64,000 nt of DNA from Bacillota bacterium (GTDB lineage: Bacteria; Bacillota; Clostridia; Peptostreptococcales; Anaerovoracaceae). The position numbers and the translations under genes are program-made. The stretch's first letter is position 1, and each line of letters opens with the position of its first letter. The notes beneath the pieces were generated by a model. That model was given only the letters and a program-made list of their open reading frames with translations, ran no database searches and was not told the origin of the DNA. Location: positions 10,015 to 74,014 of the forward strand of contig JAFSUI010000029.1 of assembly GCA_017445315.1 (NCBI GenBank). Direction: 5' to 3'. Shown piece by piece: positions 28,649 through 39,784 of this stretch.

Positions 28649-30049
28649 TTAAAATTCAAGTCGCTCTTCTATATACGAGCGAACATCTTGGATAGGAATA
28701 CGGACTTGTTCCATAGTATCCCTTTCTCTAATTGTTACGCAGCCGTCTGTCTCTGTATCAAAATCAACACAGATGCAGAATGGCGTTCCGATTTCATCTT
28801 CTCTTCTATAGCGCTTACCGATGGAGCCGGACTTATCGTAGTCAACATTGAAATACTTGGATAGCATTTCATATACCGGCATCGCCTGCTCCTCTAGTTT
28901 ATTGGAAAGCGGAAGAACCGCAGCCTTAAACGGTGCAAGCGCCGGGTGCAGCCTCAAGACTACACGGCTATCTTCTTTTCCGTCCTGCGACAAATCTTCC
29001 TCGTCATAAGCATCAATTAAGAATGCAAGCGCAACTCTATCTGCGCCGAGCGAAGGCTCTATTACATACGGGATATATCTCTCGTTTGTATCCGGGTCAA
29101 GATAACTCATCTCTTCTCCGGAGAACTCGGAGTGTTTTGTTAAATCAAAATTGGTTCTATCCGCAATGCCCCAGAGCTCACCCCAACCGAATGGGAAGAG
29201 ATACTCTATATCCGATGTTGCATTGCTGTAGTGAGAGAGTTCTTCCTGCTCGTGGTCTCGGAGTCTGATATGCTCCATATCCATTCCGAGACTCTTAAGG
29301 AAGTTTACGCAATACTCTCTCCAATATGAGAACCACTCAAGATCTGTTCCCGGTGCGCAGAAGAATTCAAGTTCCATCTGCTCAAACTCTCGTGTACGGA
29401 ATGTGAAATTTCCCGGAGTGATTTCGTTTCTAAAGGACTTACCTATCTGTGCTATTCCGAACGGAACTTTCTTACGGCTTGTTCTCTGAACGTTTTTGAA
29501 GTTAACAAAGATACCCTGAGCGGTCTCAGGTCTTAAGTATATTTCAGCGGCACTGTCTTCAGTTACGCCCTGGAAGGTTTTGAACATAAGATTGAAATAT
29601 CTTATGCCGGTGAAGTTATGCTTTCCGCATTCCGGACAAGGAACGTTGTTTTCCTTGATGTAGCTTTCTAGCTGCTCATCTGTCCAGCCATCAACTACCT
29701 GAGGCTCTTTTCCCTGCTCTCTCTCAAAATCCTCTATGAGTTTATCCGCACGGTATCTAGCTTTACATTCCTTACAGTCGATAAGAGGATCTGCAAAGTT
29801 TCCGAGATGCCCTGATGCTTCCCATGTCTTTGGATTCATGAGAATCGCAGAATCGAGTCCCACGTTATACTTGGACTCCTGCACAAACTTCTTCCACCAC
29901 GCCTTCTTTACGTTGTTCTTGAACTCAACACCGAGTGGGCCGTAATCCCAAGTATTTGCAAGACCTCCGTAAATGTCAGAGCCGGGGAAGATATATCCCC
30001 GGTTCTTACATAGCGCAACTATTTTTTCCATTGTCGCTTTATCGCTCAT
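28649..30049 (-). CDS. glyQS: Glycine--tRNA ligase (single-subunit, alpha2 type)
   Basis: [38 protein letters not shown]. Confidence 0.96.
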   Translation of the reverse strand: MSDKATMEKIVALCKNRGYIFPGSDIYGGLANTWDYGPLGVEFKNNVKKAWWKKFVQESKYNVGLDSAILMNPKTWEASGHLGNFADPLIDCKECKARYRADKLIEDFEREQGKEPQVVDGWTDEQLESYIKENNVPCPECGKHNFTGIRYFNLMFKTFQGVTEDSAAEIYLRPETAQGIFVNFKNVQRTSRKKVPFGIAQIGKSFRNEITPGNFTFRTREFEQMELEFFCAPGTDLEWFSYWREYCVNFLKSLGMDMEHIRLRDHEQEELSHYSNATSDIEYLFPFGWGELWGIADRTNFDLTKHSEFSGEEMSYLDPDTNERYIPYVIEPSLGADRVALAFLIDAYDEEDLSQDGKEDSRVVLRLHPALAPFKAAVLPLSNKLEEQAMPVYEMLSKYFNVDYDKSGSIGKRYRREDEIGTPFCICVDFDTETDGCVTIRERDTMEQVRIPIQDVRSYIEERLEF

Positions 30050-30058
30050 ATTGAGTAA

Positions 30059-30760
30059 TTACTCCTCTGTCTTAACTTCTTCTACTACTTCTTCTACAGC
30101 TTCTTTAACTTCTTCTGCTGTCTCTTCAAAGTCAAACTCTTCAAAGTCTTCCTTTACGTCCTTCATTCCTTCTTTGAACTTATCCATGGAGTTTGTTACA
30201 GCATCCTTGGCCTTTGTGAATACGCTTTCGCCTTTATCCTTAGCCTTATTGAATACTTCTTCTCCTCTTGCTCTTAGTTCATCAAAGTTTTCCGGAGCTC
30301 TTTCTTTGATATCAAAGTAGATATCCTGGCCCTTTTCCTTTGCTGTGTCATAAGCTTCTGTGGCCTTCTCTGTGATATCTATAACCGATCCATCGTCCTT
30401 TACAAATTCAATCTTGCAGTTGAATCCAAATGCAGCAACAACACCTGCGATGGCAGCCCATGGAGCAAGAATTGTTCCAAGGATACCTGCGCTGAGTGGA
30501 AGATTGATAATAGTGTTGTCTTCCTTGGTTACCTTAATCTTGGATACGTTTCCTTTCTCTACGATTTCTTTAATCTTTCCTACAAGAGCATCCTTCTTTT
30601 CGATGGTTGATCTTGCAACGCCACCGTCAACTGACTGCTCAATAGCAACGATAGCATCAACAACACTGCCTTCAGCAGCCTCGAGAGCATCCTTTGCTTC
30701 CTTATAGCTTACGCCGGTTCTGTCTCTAACTAGTTCAATCTTTTCTAACGTAATTTCCAT
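30059..30760 (-). CDS. DUF4342 domain protein with a UBA-like N-terminus and amphipathic C-terminal repeats
   Basis: RTGVSYKEAKDAL, KGNVSKIKV; conserved position between recO and glyQS. Confidence 0.75.
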   Translation of the reverse strand: MEITLEKIELVRDRTGVSYKEAKDALEAAEGSVVDAIVAIEQSVDGGVARSTIEKKDALVGKIKEIVEKGNVSKIKVTKEDNTIINLPLSAGILGTILAPWAAIAGVVAAFGFNCKIEFVKDDGSVIDITEKATEAYDTAKEKGQDIYFDIKERAPENFDELRARGEEVFNKAKDKGESVFTKAKDAVTNSMDKFKEGMKDVKEDFEEFDFEETAEEVKEAVEEVVEEVKTEE

Positions 30761-30778
30761 CTTTTTTCCTCCTACTTT

Positions 30779-31552
30779 CTATATCATGTAAATGCTTTCA
30801 CTTTTCAGCGGGCCTATGTCCAAATGGTAAGAAATATACTCTCTCAAAATAGACTTAAGCTCCCCCGCGACCTTGGGGTCTAAGGCAATCTTGTCAAAGG
30901 CTGAAAATGGTTTTATTTCCAAAAAACGTACTGTATTTACTATATCAAAAACAGGCTCATAAATCAATCGCGCCTTGCCGTCATTTAATGTGTTTTCTAT
31001 GATTTTTTTGTGACAGTCATGGCAAATAGTTCCACCGTCCGGAATGCTGAATTTTACAGGCTTTACGATGTCCTCCGTCCCACAAATTGCGCATTTTCCA
31101 AGCACTGGGCTACTTCCCATATTGTTAAGCAGCTTGACCTCGTATGCCAGAAGGAGCGTTTCAGGCGTAGAAACCCCCTTATCCAAGCAGTCCAGGAAAT
31201 CCACCAGAGTGCCAAAAAGCCTTATTTGAGGCGATTCCTCCGGAAGAGCCTTGTCGGTTAACTCTAGCGCCTGTGAAGCTGCGGCATATTTATCCAGATC
31301 CTCCCCGAGCCCGTAATAGCTCTTTTTTACCTCAGCACCGGTCAGATTGAAATAGTCGCGATTCTTTGAAATCTCGTATTTTCCATAGGTAAAAGGACGG
31401 ATGGCAAGAGCAGCCTTGGACTTGCTGTTCCTCTCAGTCATACCCGTCCCCACGCTTATTTTTCCGTATTTCTGTGTAAAAATATGAATCATGCGCCTTC
31501 CGCCGGCAATCTTTACCTGCTTAAGCACCATTCCTTCAGTGTCTGTGAACAT
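30779..31552 (-). CDS. recO: DNA repair protein RecO
   Basis: OB-fold N-terminus, CAIC..CHDC zinc finger, follows era. Confidence 0.9.
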   Translation of the reverse strand: MFTDTEGMVLKQVKIAGGRRMIHIFTQKYGKISVGTGMTERNSKSKAALAIRPFTYGKYEISKNRDYFNLTGAEVKKSYYGLGEDLDKYAAASQALELTDKALPEESPQIRLFGTLVDFLDCLDKGVSTPETLLLAYEVKLLNNMGSSPVLGKCAICGTEDIVKPVKFSIPDGGTICHDCHKKIIENTLNDGKARLIYEPVFDIVNTVRFLEIKPFSAFDKIALDPKVAGELKSILREYISYHLDIGPLKSESIYMI

Positions 31553-31560
31553 GTATAAAC

Positions 31561-32466
31561 CTATTCTCCGGTTTCCTTTAATCCAAAATTGGAAATTGCG
31601 ATTTCGGAATCGCGCCAGTTTTCTTTTACCTTTACCCAGAGTTCCAAAAAGACTTTTGTTCCGAGTAGAGCTTCTATCTCAAGGCGTGCGGCTTTTCCGA
31701 CGCCTTTTAGTTTCTTTCCTTGTTTTCCGATGATGATGCCCTTATGCGATTTTCTTTCGCAATAGATTATTGCGCCAATTTCTGTGAGGGTATCGCCCTC
31801 TTTATAGCTTTCTATTTCGACTGCGACTCCGTGCGGCACTTCGTCCTCCAGGTACAGCAGTAGCTTTTCTCTGATAATCTCGCTGACTATGAACCTCTCC
31901 GGATGGTCCGTTATCATATCCTCCGGGAAGAACATCGGCCCCTCTTCAATAAATTTTTCTATTGACGCAAGAAGGTCATCCACATTTGTCCCCTTTAGCG
32001 CCGATACCCCGTGCACCGCATCAAAGATTCCAAGTTCGCTATAGAAATCATAGGTCTCCTTGAACTCTGCGGGATCCATCTCGTCAATTTTGTTTATGAT
32101 GAGAATCTTGGGTGTGTCCAGCTCGCGGATCATCTCAAGAATATACTTATCGCCGGGTCCCTTCTCCGGACTTCCGTCAACTAAGAAGAGAATCGCATCT
32201 ACTTCTTTAAAAGTATTTATCGCAGAGTTAACCATGGCGCTTCCAAGCTTATTATGCGCCTTATGGATTCCCGGCGTATCAATAAAGACTATCTGAACCT
32301 CAGGTTCCCCATCCTCATCCATGCCGGTAAATATTCCTCTAATTGTATTTCTAGTCGTCTGCGGCTTGTCCGTTGTAATAGCAATCTTCTCTCCCAAAAT
32401 ATTATTTAGGAGAGTTGATTTACCTACGTTCGGACGGCCAATAATTCCTACAAATCCCGATTTCAT
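31561..32466 (-). CDS. era: GTPase Era
   Basis: GRPNVGKST, PQTTR, DTPG, KH domain IIIGKQG. Confidence 0.97.
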   Translation of the reverse strand: MKSGFVGIIGRPNVGKSTLLNNILGEKIAITTDKPQTTRNTIRGIFTGMDEDGEPEVQIVFIDTPGIHKAHNKLGSAMVNSAINTFKEVDAILFLVDGSPEKGPGDKYILEMIRELDTPKILIINKIDEMDPAEFKETYDFYSELGIFDAVHGVSALKGTNVDDLLASIEKFIEEGPMFFPEDMITDHPERFIVSEIIREKLLLYLEDEVPHGVAVEIESYKEGDTLTEIGAIIYCERKSHKGIIIGKQGKKLKGVGKAARLEIEALLGTKVFLELWVKVKENWRDSEIAISNFGLKETGE

Positions 32467-32474
32467 TATATCTC

Positions 32475-32882
32475 CTATACGGACTCTATCTGCTCAAGAT
32501 CCTCGCCTAGCCTAAATCCGTAGCTCAGAATCTCGTTCAGTTTAGCTTTCTCAAGATGGTCTTCATCTACACCAGTGATAACAAGAAGCTCAGGCTCAAA
32601 CTCATACATGAACTGCCTGCAGATTCCGCATGGCCATGCTGTTCCGCCGTCGGAGGCAATTGCAATCTTTTCAAACTCTCTGCAGCCCTCTGAAATAGCC
32701 TTGGTACATGCTGTCCTCTCTGCACAAATTGTTGCACCGAAGGAGGAGTTTTCTACATTACATCCAGTAAAGACTCTTCCGTCCTTTGCCAGAAGCGCCG
32801 CTCCAACCTTAAAATGCGAAAAAGGTGTATATGCGTTCTTGAGTGCTTCCTTTGCTATCAAAAATAATTCTTTATCGTTCAA
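32475..32882 (-). CDS. cdd: Cytidine deaminase
   Basis: NVEN, CAERTA, PCGICRQ. Confidence 0.95.
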   Translation of the reverse strand: MNDKELFLIAKEALKNAYTPFSHFKVGAALLAKDGRVFTGCNVENSSFGATICAERTACTKAISEGCREFEKIAIASDGGTAWPCGICRQFMYEFEPELLVITGVDEDHLEKAKLNEILSYGFRLGEDLEQIESV

Positions 32883-33333
32883 TTCCTATTTCCTCCATTA
32901 TCTCTTCTTCTCTTTTTCTCATCACTTTCTTATCTTCTTTGGCCTCGTGGTCGTAGCCAAGAAGATGAAGTAGGCTGTGAACAAAGAGATATACCATCTC
33001 GCGCATAAATGTATGCCCGTACTCCTCTGCCTGAACCTGCGCCTGCTCTTTGTTGATTACAACGTCGCCGAGCTGGAGTTCGCCCTCCTCCGGGAACTCG
33101 TCCATGCTCTCATACATCGGAAAAGAAAGTACGTCGGTTGACTTATCCTTTCCGCGGTATTCATAATTAAGTTTCTGGATCTTATCTGACTTTAAGAATG
33201 TTACGGATATTTCCGCACGCTTGAATTCATCGTCTGTAAGACCCTCTTTTTTTAGAACTGCCTCTGCAGCCTTGGTCATCTCTTTGATTATAGATGCAGG
33301 CACTCCGCATTTCTTGGAAAAAGTTATATTCAT
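32872..33333 (-). CDS. ybeY: rRNA maturation RNase YbeY
   Basis: TDVLSF, HSLLHLLGYDH. Confidence 0.96.
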   Translation of the reverse strand: MNITFSKKCGVPASIIKEMTKAAEAVLKKEGLTDDEFKRAEISVTFLKSDKIQKLNYEYRGKDKSTDVLSFPMYESMDEFPEEGELQLGDVVINKEQAQVQAEEYGHTFMREMVYLFVHSLLHLLGYDHEAKEDKKVMRKREEEIMEEIGIER

Positions 33334-34325
33334 TCTGCTTCGTTCTCCTCCGGATGCTGTTTGAAATACTTATCATAGGCATTTATGATTCTCTTTACGA
33401 GCTCGTGCCTTATTACATCGACATCTCGCAGATAGCAAAATGCCAATCCTTCTGTATCCTTGAGCACGCGCTGGGCTTCTACAAGTCCGCTTCTCTTTCC
33501 TCTTGGGAGATCTATCTGCGTAACGTCACCGGTTACTACAACCTTGGAGCCAAAGCCCATACGAGTAAGGAACATCTTCATCTGCTCCCTAGTTGTGTTC
33601 TGTGCTTCATCCAAGATAATGAAAGAATTATCTAGAGTACGTCCCCTCATATATGCGAGCGGTACTACTTCTATTACTTCTTTCTCTTTAAGCCTGAGCG
33701 CGTTGTCGCGACCAAGAACATCATAGAGTGCATCGTAGAGCGGCCTTAAGTATGGGTCAACCTTGTCCTGAAGATCACCCGGGAGAAAGCCAAGTCTTTC
33801 TCCAGCCTCTACGGCAGGTCTCGCCAAGATGATTTTCTCTACTTCTTTATTCTTGTATGCGCTAACCGCCATCGCAACCGCAAGATATGTCTTTCCTGTT
33901 CCCGCAGGACCTATACCAAAGACGATATCGTGCTTCTTTATCGCATTTACATAATTCTTTTGACCGATTGTCTTGGCTTTAAGCGGTTTACCTTTGGCGG
34001 TAAAGCAAATGATATCTTTACTTACGTTACTTTCTCTATATGACTGTCCTTCCTGGACGAGCGAGATGACATAGTTAACTTTCTGGATATCGAGTCTCTC
34101 ACCCGTTCTCACGACATCGATGAGTTCCTCCAAAATCTTGGCTGCAGTTTCTCTTTGGTCCCCCCTCAGAAGAAGATCGTTATCCCTCTGAAAAATTTCC
34201 ACTCCGGTCTTTTCTCCTATAAGAGAAAGATTAATATCAAGGTTTCCAAAGAGTTCCTGTCTATCTATTTCTTCATCTACGGTTATATTTAAAAAATCCT
34301 GATTGTTTTCCGTTATTCCGGTCAT
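33330..34325 (-). CDS. phoH: PhoH family ATPase
   Basis: GPAGTGKT, RPAVEAGE.LGFLPG, YMRGRT, DEAQN; start at MTGITE. Confidence 0.95.
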   Translation of the reverse strand: MTGITENNQDFLNITVDEEIDRQELFGNLDINLSLIGEKTGVEIFQRDNDLLLRGDQRETAAKILEELIDVVRTGERLDIQKVNYVISLVQEGQSYRESNVSKDIICFTAKGKPLKAKTIGQKNYVNAIKKHDIVFGIGPAGTGKTYLAVAMAVSAYKNKEVEKIILARPAVEAGERLGFLPGDLQDKVDPYLRPLYDALYDVLGRDNALRLKEKEVIEVVPLAYMRGRTLDNSFIILDEAQNTTREQMKMFLTRMGFGSKVVVTGDVTQIDLPRGKRSGLVEAQRVLKDTEGLAFCYLRDVDVIRHELVKRIINAYDKYFKQHPEENEAE

Positions 34326-34386
34326 TCTTTTCCTTTCTATTTTTGCAAAAAGGCGACCGCTAATGCGATCGCCCATTAATTTTGAT

Positions 34387-34833
34387 TTATGACAAGAATT
34401 TTGTTACGGCCTCGCGCACTTGATTTCCGTCAGCCATGCCTTTTAGTTTACCCATAACGGCACCCATGAGCTTACCCATGTTTTCTTTGCCGCCTGATAT
34501 TCCGAGCTCGGCTGCGATTTCACTGACCTTGGCCATGACACTCTCGGCATCCATCTGCTCAGGCAAATATTTCTCCAAAATGGCGATCTCTGCCTTATAC
34601 GCGTCTATTAAATCTGTTCTTCCTGCTTTTTCAAAATCGGCAAGAGCGTCGTTACGCATCTTAACCTGTTTTTGAAGAATAGAAACGATACCCTGATCGT
34701 CCAAATCCTCCCTATTATCTACCTCGAACTGCTTGATAGCTGCGCGAGCCAGATTGATTGTGTTCTTGGCGATTTCATCCTTGTCCTTCATGGCCTGTTT
34801 GAAATCCGCCATAAGTTGATCTTTAAGAGTCAT
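34387..34833 (-). CDS. yqeY: GatB/YqeY domain protein
   Basis: AGRTDL..EIAILEKYLP, MGKLMG. Confidence 0.92.
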   Translation of the reverse strand: MTLKDQLMADFKQAMKDKDEIAKNTINLARAAIKQFEVDNREDLDDQGIVSILQKQVKMRNDALADFEKAGRTDLIDAYKAEIAILEKYLPEQMDAESVMAKVSEIAAELGISGGKENMGKLMGAVMGKLKGMADGNQVREAVTKFLS

Positions 34834-34842
34834 ATTACACTC

Positions 34843-35022
34843 CTAGTATCTCTTGGCTTTCTTTCTAGCTGCCTCAGATTTTTTCTTTCTCTTTACGCTT
34901 GGTTTCTCGTAATGCTCTCTCTTTCTGACCTCAGCCATGACGCCGTCTCTGGCGCATGCTCTTTTAAATCTCTTAAGAGCGCTTTCCAAGCTTTCGTTTT
35001 CTCTTACAATTACCTGTGCCAT
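34843..35022 (-). CDS. rpsU: 30S ribosomal protein S21
   Basis: [24 protein letters not shown]. Confidence 0.97.
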   Translation of the reverse strand: MAQVIVRENESLESALKRFKRACARDGVMAEVRKREHYEKPSVKRKKKSEAARKKAKRY

Positions 35023-35136
35023 ATTCCGTCTCACCTCCTGCCTTCTTTGAATTTAAGCAGTTGAACAGTCTTTAACTGCAACAGAAATATTATACTCTGT
35101 TTCAACAGCATAAGCAAGTGTCAAAAATCAGCCATT

Positions 35137-35475
35137 TTAGCCCGGTGGCCAGGTCATTTTGCGCTTTCCGAGTATATGAAAATGCAGATGCTTTACGGTC
35201 TGGAAGGCATCCTCACCGTTATTGCTTACTACTCTGTAGCCGTTTTCCAGTTCAAGCGTCGCTGCGATTTCTTTAATTTTTCCCATCATGTGACCGAGAA
35301 GCGCCTCATCATCAGGTTTCACGTCATCCAGAGACTCAATATGCTTCTTTGGAATCGCAAGAACGTGAACCGGTGCCTGCGGCTCAAGGTCATGGAAACA
35401 GATCATTTGCTCGTCTTCATAAGCCACATTGGACGGGATCTCATGATTTGCTATCGCACAAAAAATACAATCCAT
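35137..35475 (-). CDS. Histidine triad (HIT) nucleotide-binding protein
   Basis: DCIFC, HLHFHIL, WPPG. Confidence 0.93.
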   Translation of the reverse strand: MDCIFCAIANHEIPSNVAYEDEQMICFHDLEPQAPVHVLAIPKKHIESLDDVKPDDEALLGHMMGKIKEIAATLELENGYRVVSNNGEDAFQTVKHLHFHILGKRKMTWPPG

Positions 35476-35505
35476 CACTTTCCTCCTTTTCTAGTTTTAC
35501 CCATT

Positions 35506-36840
35506 CTATATTTCTTTAATCTTCTTATTAAGTAAACCAAACACAGCAGTTATCGAGAAACCTATGGCGCAGATAAAGAGTAGCGCAGAGCTTCCCATAA
35601 ACTGTAGAACTGCTCCGGCAAGGACTGACGCAATTGGTGTAAGCCCTTGTGATGCGACACTCATTATGCTAGTTACTTTGCTGAGCTTATCCCTATCCAC
35701 GATTCTCATAAACATAGTATTTGATGGCACGTTAATCAGTATCACAAGGAATCCAAACGCGAGCGTGGCCATGCTAAATGTGATTAGGAATGCATTTAGC
35801 GATTTTCCGCGAGCCACAAAGAACCAATAGCTGAATGCCACCAAAAGCATAAGCACAGCTATCATGCAAAGTCTCACCGAAAGTTTATGCCCTATTTTTT
35901 CGTCCTGCACCTTGGTACTCAGTATTATGGCTCCTAGCATCGTGGTTACGCCCATGAGCACACTGAATACCGATGTCCAAAGCTCAGGCTTGAGAAAACT
36001 ATCAAAGATATACGATGGCGCAGTCGCCACATCCGTTTTGATAAAATACGGCAAGAAGTTGCCAAATATAGGTGCAATGAAAAAGTTTATAAAGACTATT
36101 ATTACTCCCATTGCCATAATGGCTTTCTGAATTCTTAGATAGTCCCAGCCGTCCTTCATATCCGAAAGTGCAAGCCTGATACTCATCTTTTCAGTAGAAG
36201 GTGTGTGATTATAACGGATGAACATTTCCGATATGCCGGATAATACATAACAGACGCCAACTATAAAGAACAACGTAATAATCGGCACTGTCGTGTACAA
36301 GATCCCTGCCAAGATTATTCCAACTATACCATTGGCAGAATTTTTAATCGAAAAGTATGAGTTTGCCTGCTGAATCCTATCCTCATCCACAATACTAGGA
36401 ATGAGAGCTCCTGATGCAGGATTAAAAATTCCGCTTACGATGTTTCCGAATATTCCTATGAAGAAAAGAATAACTATATGCGCAACGCTTTCTTTAAAAA
36501 GCATCATAAGTACCGCACCGACGATAATAAGCGCGCCTTTCATATAGTCGCATATATACATGATTTTGGCTTTGTTATATCTATCGCCAAAGACCCCGCC
36601 GACCGGCGTAAAAAGAAGGAGCATTACTGCGCATACGGCTAGATATACACCCTGGAGGAATGCATTGTTTCCGCTTACCTCAAGTATATAGAATCCTACA
36701 GCAAAACTATATAGCGTTGCACCAAGTTCAGAAACGAGCGCACCAAAAAAGCAAAGGACAAAGTTCTTGTTGGTAAAAACATTTCTTCCCTTAATTGAAT
36801 CCGTATTATTATTTAGGTTTTCTTTCTGTTTGCCTTGCAC
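35506..36840 (-). CDS. MFS transporter (DHA3/macrolide-efflux-like)
   Basis: About 12 TMs, GGVFGDRYNK motif A; start set at the GTG after GGAG. Confidence 0.85.
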   Translation of the reverse strand: MQGKQKENLNNNTDSIKGRNVFTNKNFVLCFFGALVSELGATLYSFAVGFYILEVSGNNAFLQGVYLAVCAVMLLLFTPVGGVFGDRYNKAKIMYICDYMKGALIIVGAVLMMLFKESVAHIVILFFIGIFGNIVSGIFNPASGALIPSIVDEDRIQQANSYFSIKNSANGIVGIILAGILYTTVPIITLFFIVGVCYVLSGISEMFIRYNHTPSTEKMSIRLALSDMKDGWDYLRIQKAIMAMGVIIVFINFFIAPIFGNFLPYFIKTDVATAPSYIFDSFLKPELWTSVFSVLMGVTTMLGAIILSTKVQDEKIGHKLSVRLCMIAVLMLLVAFSYWFFVARGKSLNAFLITFSMATLAFGFLVILINVPSNTMFMRIVDRDKLSKVTSIMSVASQGLTPIASVLAGAVLQFMGSSALLFICAIGFSITAVFGLLNKKIKEI

Positions 36841-36859
36841 TTTTTCTCCGCCAATACTG

Positions 36860-38266
36860 CTAAAGGATTTCAACCCTCATTCCATCTAAATAGTTTTCTT
36901 TTAATTTTACGTCCACCAACTTATTGAGTAAATCTTCTTTTGCCTTTGCATATATCCGGATATAGTTATCCGTATAACCGGTCATGATGTCGTCTTTTAT
37001 TTCTTCAAAGAGCCCCTTCATGATGGCATTTTTACATTTCTCATGAAATTCTTCTGCGACCTTGTCCGACTCCTCAGAAAGTATGTGTGCCCTTTGTTTC
37101 TTCACCTCAGAAGGAATCTGACCCTCCATCTCTGCGGCAATGGTTCCCTTTCGCGGTGAATACGGAAATACGTGAACTCTTGCAAGCCCTAAAGTTTTTA
37201 CAAGGTCTATGCTATCGCAAAAATCCGCGTCAGTCTCTCCCGGGAATCCGACAATGATATCTGTCGTGATTGCAAAATAAGGATCAAAGTCATGAAGCGC
37301 ATTCACTATATTGATATACTCTTCTCTGGTATATCTTCTGTTCATGGCACGTAGCACTTTGTTGGAACCACTCTGGATGGAAAGATGAAGATGATGACAA
37401 AGCTTTTCTGCGCCTATTATTTCCAATATGTCCTCGGGATTCACCACGTTCGGCTCAAGCGAGCTAAGCCGAATTCTGTAATCTCCCGGAATTTCTGAAA
37501 TCTTGTCAATGAGTCGTCTAAGCGCAGGAACCTTATTTGATGAATCATCAGCTATGCTCACCTTATTATTCTCTGCTCCATAAAGCGCAGTATTGATTCC
37601 TGTCAAAACTATTTCCTTGAAACCGGATTCGATGAGACCCTTTGCTTCAAGAACGATTTCTTCATCACTTCTACTTCTGACGGGTCCTCTTGCTGTCGGA
37701 ATAATGCAATACGTACAGAACCTGTCGCAACCTTCTTGGATTTTTATATACGCTCTTGTTCTCGATTCCATCGCCGCAATTATGCCGTCAGACCTGTAAT
37801 TTGTAAGACCTTCTCTCTCAAGGACGCCGATTACCTTCTCAACGCTCTCACTTTTTTCGGTTTTATCAGCGGGCTCCACTTGTTTATCATTGCTTACGCC
37901 ACATTCATCTACGCCATTTAAGCTTTGCTTTATTCTTTTCTCGACGATATCAACAATCTTACTTTTTTCATTTGTTCCGAGAATGATATCTACGCCCTCT
38001 ATTTTGGAAACAGCTTCCGGATCCACCTGTGCATAACATCCCACGACAGCAACGACAGCTTTTTCATTCTGCTTTTTGGCGCGACTGATAAACTGGCGAG
38101 ATTTTCTATCTGCCATATTGGTGACCGTACAGGTATTTATAACATAAACATCGGCAGCTTCCTTTTCTAATGCAACGTCAAAACCGGCCTTTGTGAATTT
38201 TTCCTTCATGGCCTCTGTTTCATATTGATTCACTTTGCATCCGAGCGTATAGAATCCTACCTTCAA
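36860..38266 (-). CDS. mtaB: tRNA t6A37 methylthiotransferase MtaB
   Basis: TLGCKVNQYE, NTCTVT, GCDRFCTYC; upstream of the hit-rpsU cluster. Confidence 0.93.
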   Translation of the reverse strand: MKVGFYTLGCKVNQYETEAMKEKFTKAGFDVALEKEAADVYVINTCTVTNMADRKSRQFISRAKKQNEKAVVAVVGCYAQVDPEAVSKIEGVDIILGTNEKSKIVDIVEKRIKQSLNGVDECGVSNDKQVEPADKTEKSESVEKVIGVLEREGLTNYRSDGIIAAMESRTRAYIKIQEGCDRFCTYCIIPTARGPVRSRSDEEIVLEAKGLIESGFKEIVLTGINTALYGAENNKVSIADDSSNKVPALRRLIDKISEIPGDYRIRLSSLEPNVVNPEDILEIIGAEKLCHHLHLSIQSGSNKVLRAMNRRYTREEYINIVNALHDFDPYFAITTDIIVGFPGETDADFCDSIDLVKTLGLARVHVFPYSPRKGTIAAEMEGQIPSEVKKQRAHILSEESDKVAEEFHEKCKNAIMKGLFEEIKDDIMTGYTDNYIRIYAKAKEDLLNKLVDVKLKENYLDGMRVEIL

Positions 38267-38284
38267 AACAAACCTCTAGTTTCT

Positions 38285-39586
38285 TTATATATTCTTGTAT
38301 AATTCCTCGGTCGCAAGACGTGCCTTTGCAACTATTGCATTCTTTGACTTTGGGAAACAATAGTATTGAACCCTTGGCGTTCCAATTGAAATCATATCCC
38401 CGAGTTCATACCAATAGTAATCCGAATAAAGGCTATATGATGCGGAAGGATCTTGTTTATAATCAAGAGCACCCCCGCATCCCGTCAAATGAAAGCCGTT
38501 TATATCATGTTTAAGCATGCCCTCACCGACTCTATATACAGCATCGGTATTTACAAGCATGATTATATCAACAGGAAGTTCCATCATATATGTCCCTTCC
38601 TCGATTTCTCTTCTGACCTCGTTTCTCTCCCATGCATACCAAGCGGGAACGCTTGAGAACACTTCATCAAAGGGCTTACCTATTTCATCCTCCCTTTTTC
38701 TTGCCGCTGCAATATTTAGTTCTACCGGTTTCAGTTCTCCGAGCTCCGATAGTTCAAATGTCGCATTGCAGGCCTTGCATTTTAAATAGATGCCCTTTCC
38801 TTCCATCTCACCTTCTTGCATGCAGCAAGGGCATTTATAGAGGACTCTATCTAGATAGTCTGCCCTAAAAGGTTCATCTATAACAACTTTCGCTTCTTTT
38901 TGCCAGGCAAAATTATCAAAAGTGAACTCCTTCTTAAGCGCCTCGTTTATCTCTTCCTTTGACATTGATTTAATCTTATCTGGCGAAAGAAGATACTTCA
39001 TATCTGCGCTTACATCCACATCTCGTACTTGAAGTCCGTTATACAGTGGATCGCGTGCGAATGCCCCATATGTCCTAATCATTACAACAGGAATGCCAAG
39101 CATTTTCACAAGCTTTCCAATGCTCTCGGGAAGCGGAGTTGCGGTTCCATCAAATGTATAGCTTGCCTCCGGATAAAGCAAAATTGATTCCTTTAAATCC
39201 TCTACCGTATAGATTAAATCCCTTACAAGAGTTGTATCTAGCATAAATTTTCTAGTCGGAATGCACCCTATCTTTCTCATCAGGCCTTCTTTTCCGACAA
39301 AGCCGTCAAGAGTGCAAACTATATGATATGGCCTCGGATAGATTATGCTTCCAGCAATCTCAAGATCAATAAAACTGCTGTGATTCATGAGATATAGACA
39401 GGGTTCATCTCCGAGAGCATCCATACCAATCTTTTTCAATTTGAAATTTGTCTTTTTTAAGTCCTTTTTTGAAAGCACTTTTATGAGCCATCTATAAAAA
39501 TGTCCCTGCGACTCTGGTCTTTTGTTCTTAAATGGCGTCATCGCCATGACTTTTTCGTAACTGGCTTCTCTTACCTTAATTTTCAT
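38285..39586 (-). CDS. Lysophospholipid acyltransferase family protein with a C-terminal Cys cluster
   Basis: NHSSFID, YPEA, CPCC..CKAC. Confidence 0.85.
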   Translation of the reverse strand: MKIKVREASYEKVMAMTPFKNKRPESQGHFYRWLIKVLSKKDLKKTNFKLKKIGMDALGDEPCLYLMNHSSFIDLEIAGSIIYPRPYHIVCTLDGFVGKEGLMRKIGCIPTRKFMLDTTLVRDLIYTVEDLKESILLYPEASYTFDGTATPLPESIGKLVKMLGIPVVMIRTYGAFARDPLYNGLQVRDVDVSADMKYLLSPDKIKSMSKEEINEALKKEFTFDNFAWQKEAKVVIDEPFRADYLDRVLYKCPCCMQEGEMEGKGIYLKCKACNATFELSELGELKPVELNIAAARKREDEIGKPFDEVFSSVPAWYAWERNEVRREIEEGTYMMELPVDIIMLVNTDAVYRVGEGMLKHDINGFHLTGCGGALDYKQDPSASYSLYSDYYWYELGDMISIGTPRVQYYCFPKSKNAIVAKARLATEELYKNI

Positions 39587-39784
39587 GTCAAACCCTTTAA
39601 TTTGCTTAGCAATTATCGTCTATATGCTAAAATTACCATTAATTTGATTATACATTAGTTTACCCTTTATTCCCATATTTCTTTACATTTCGCAGCCAAT
39701 TTGTTGTATTATATATAAGTAATGATTTAATCAGATAACACGTAAACTTATAATAGTCATTTGACAAAAAGAAAGGACAATTAG

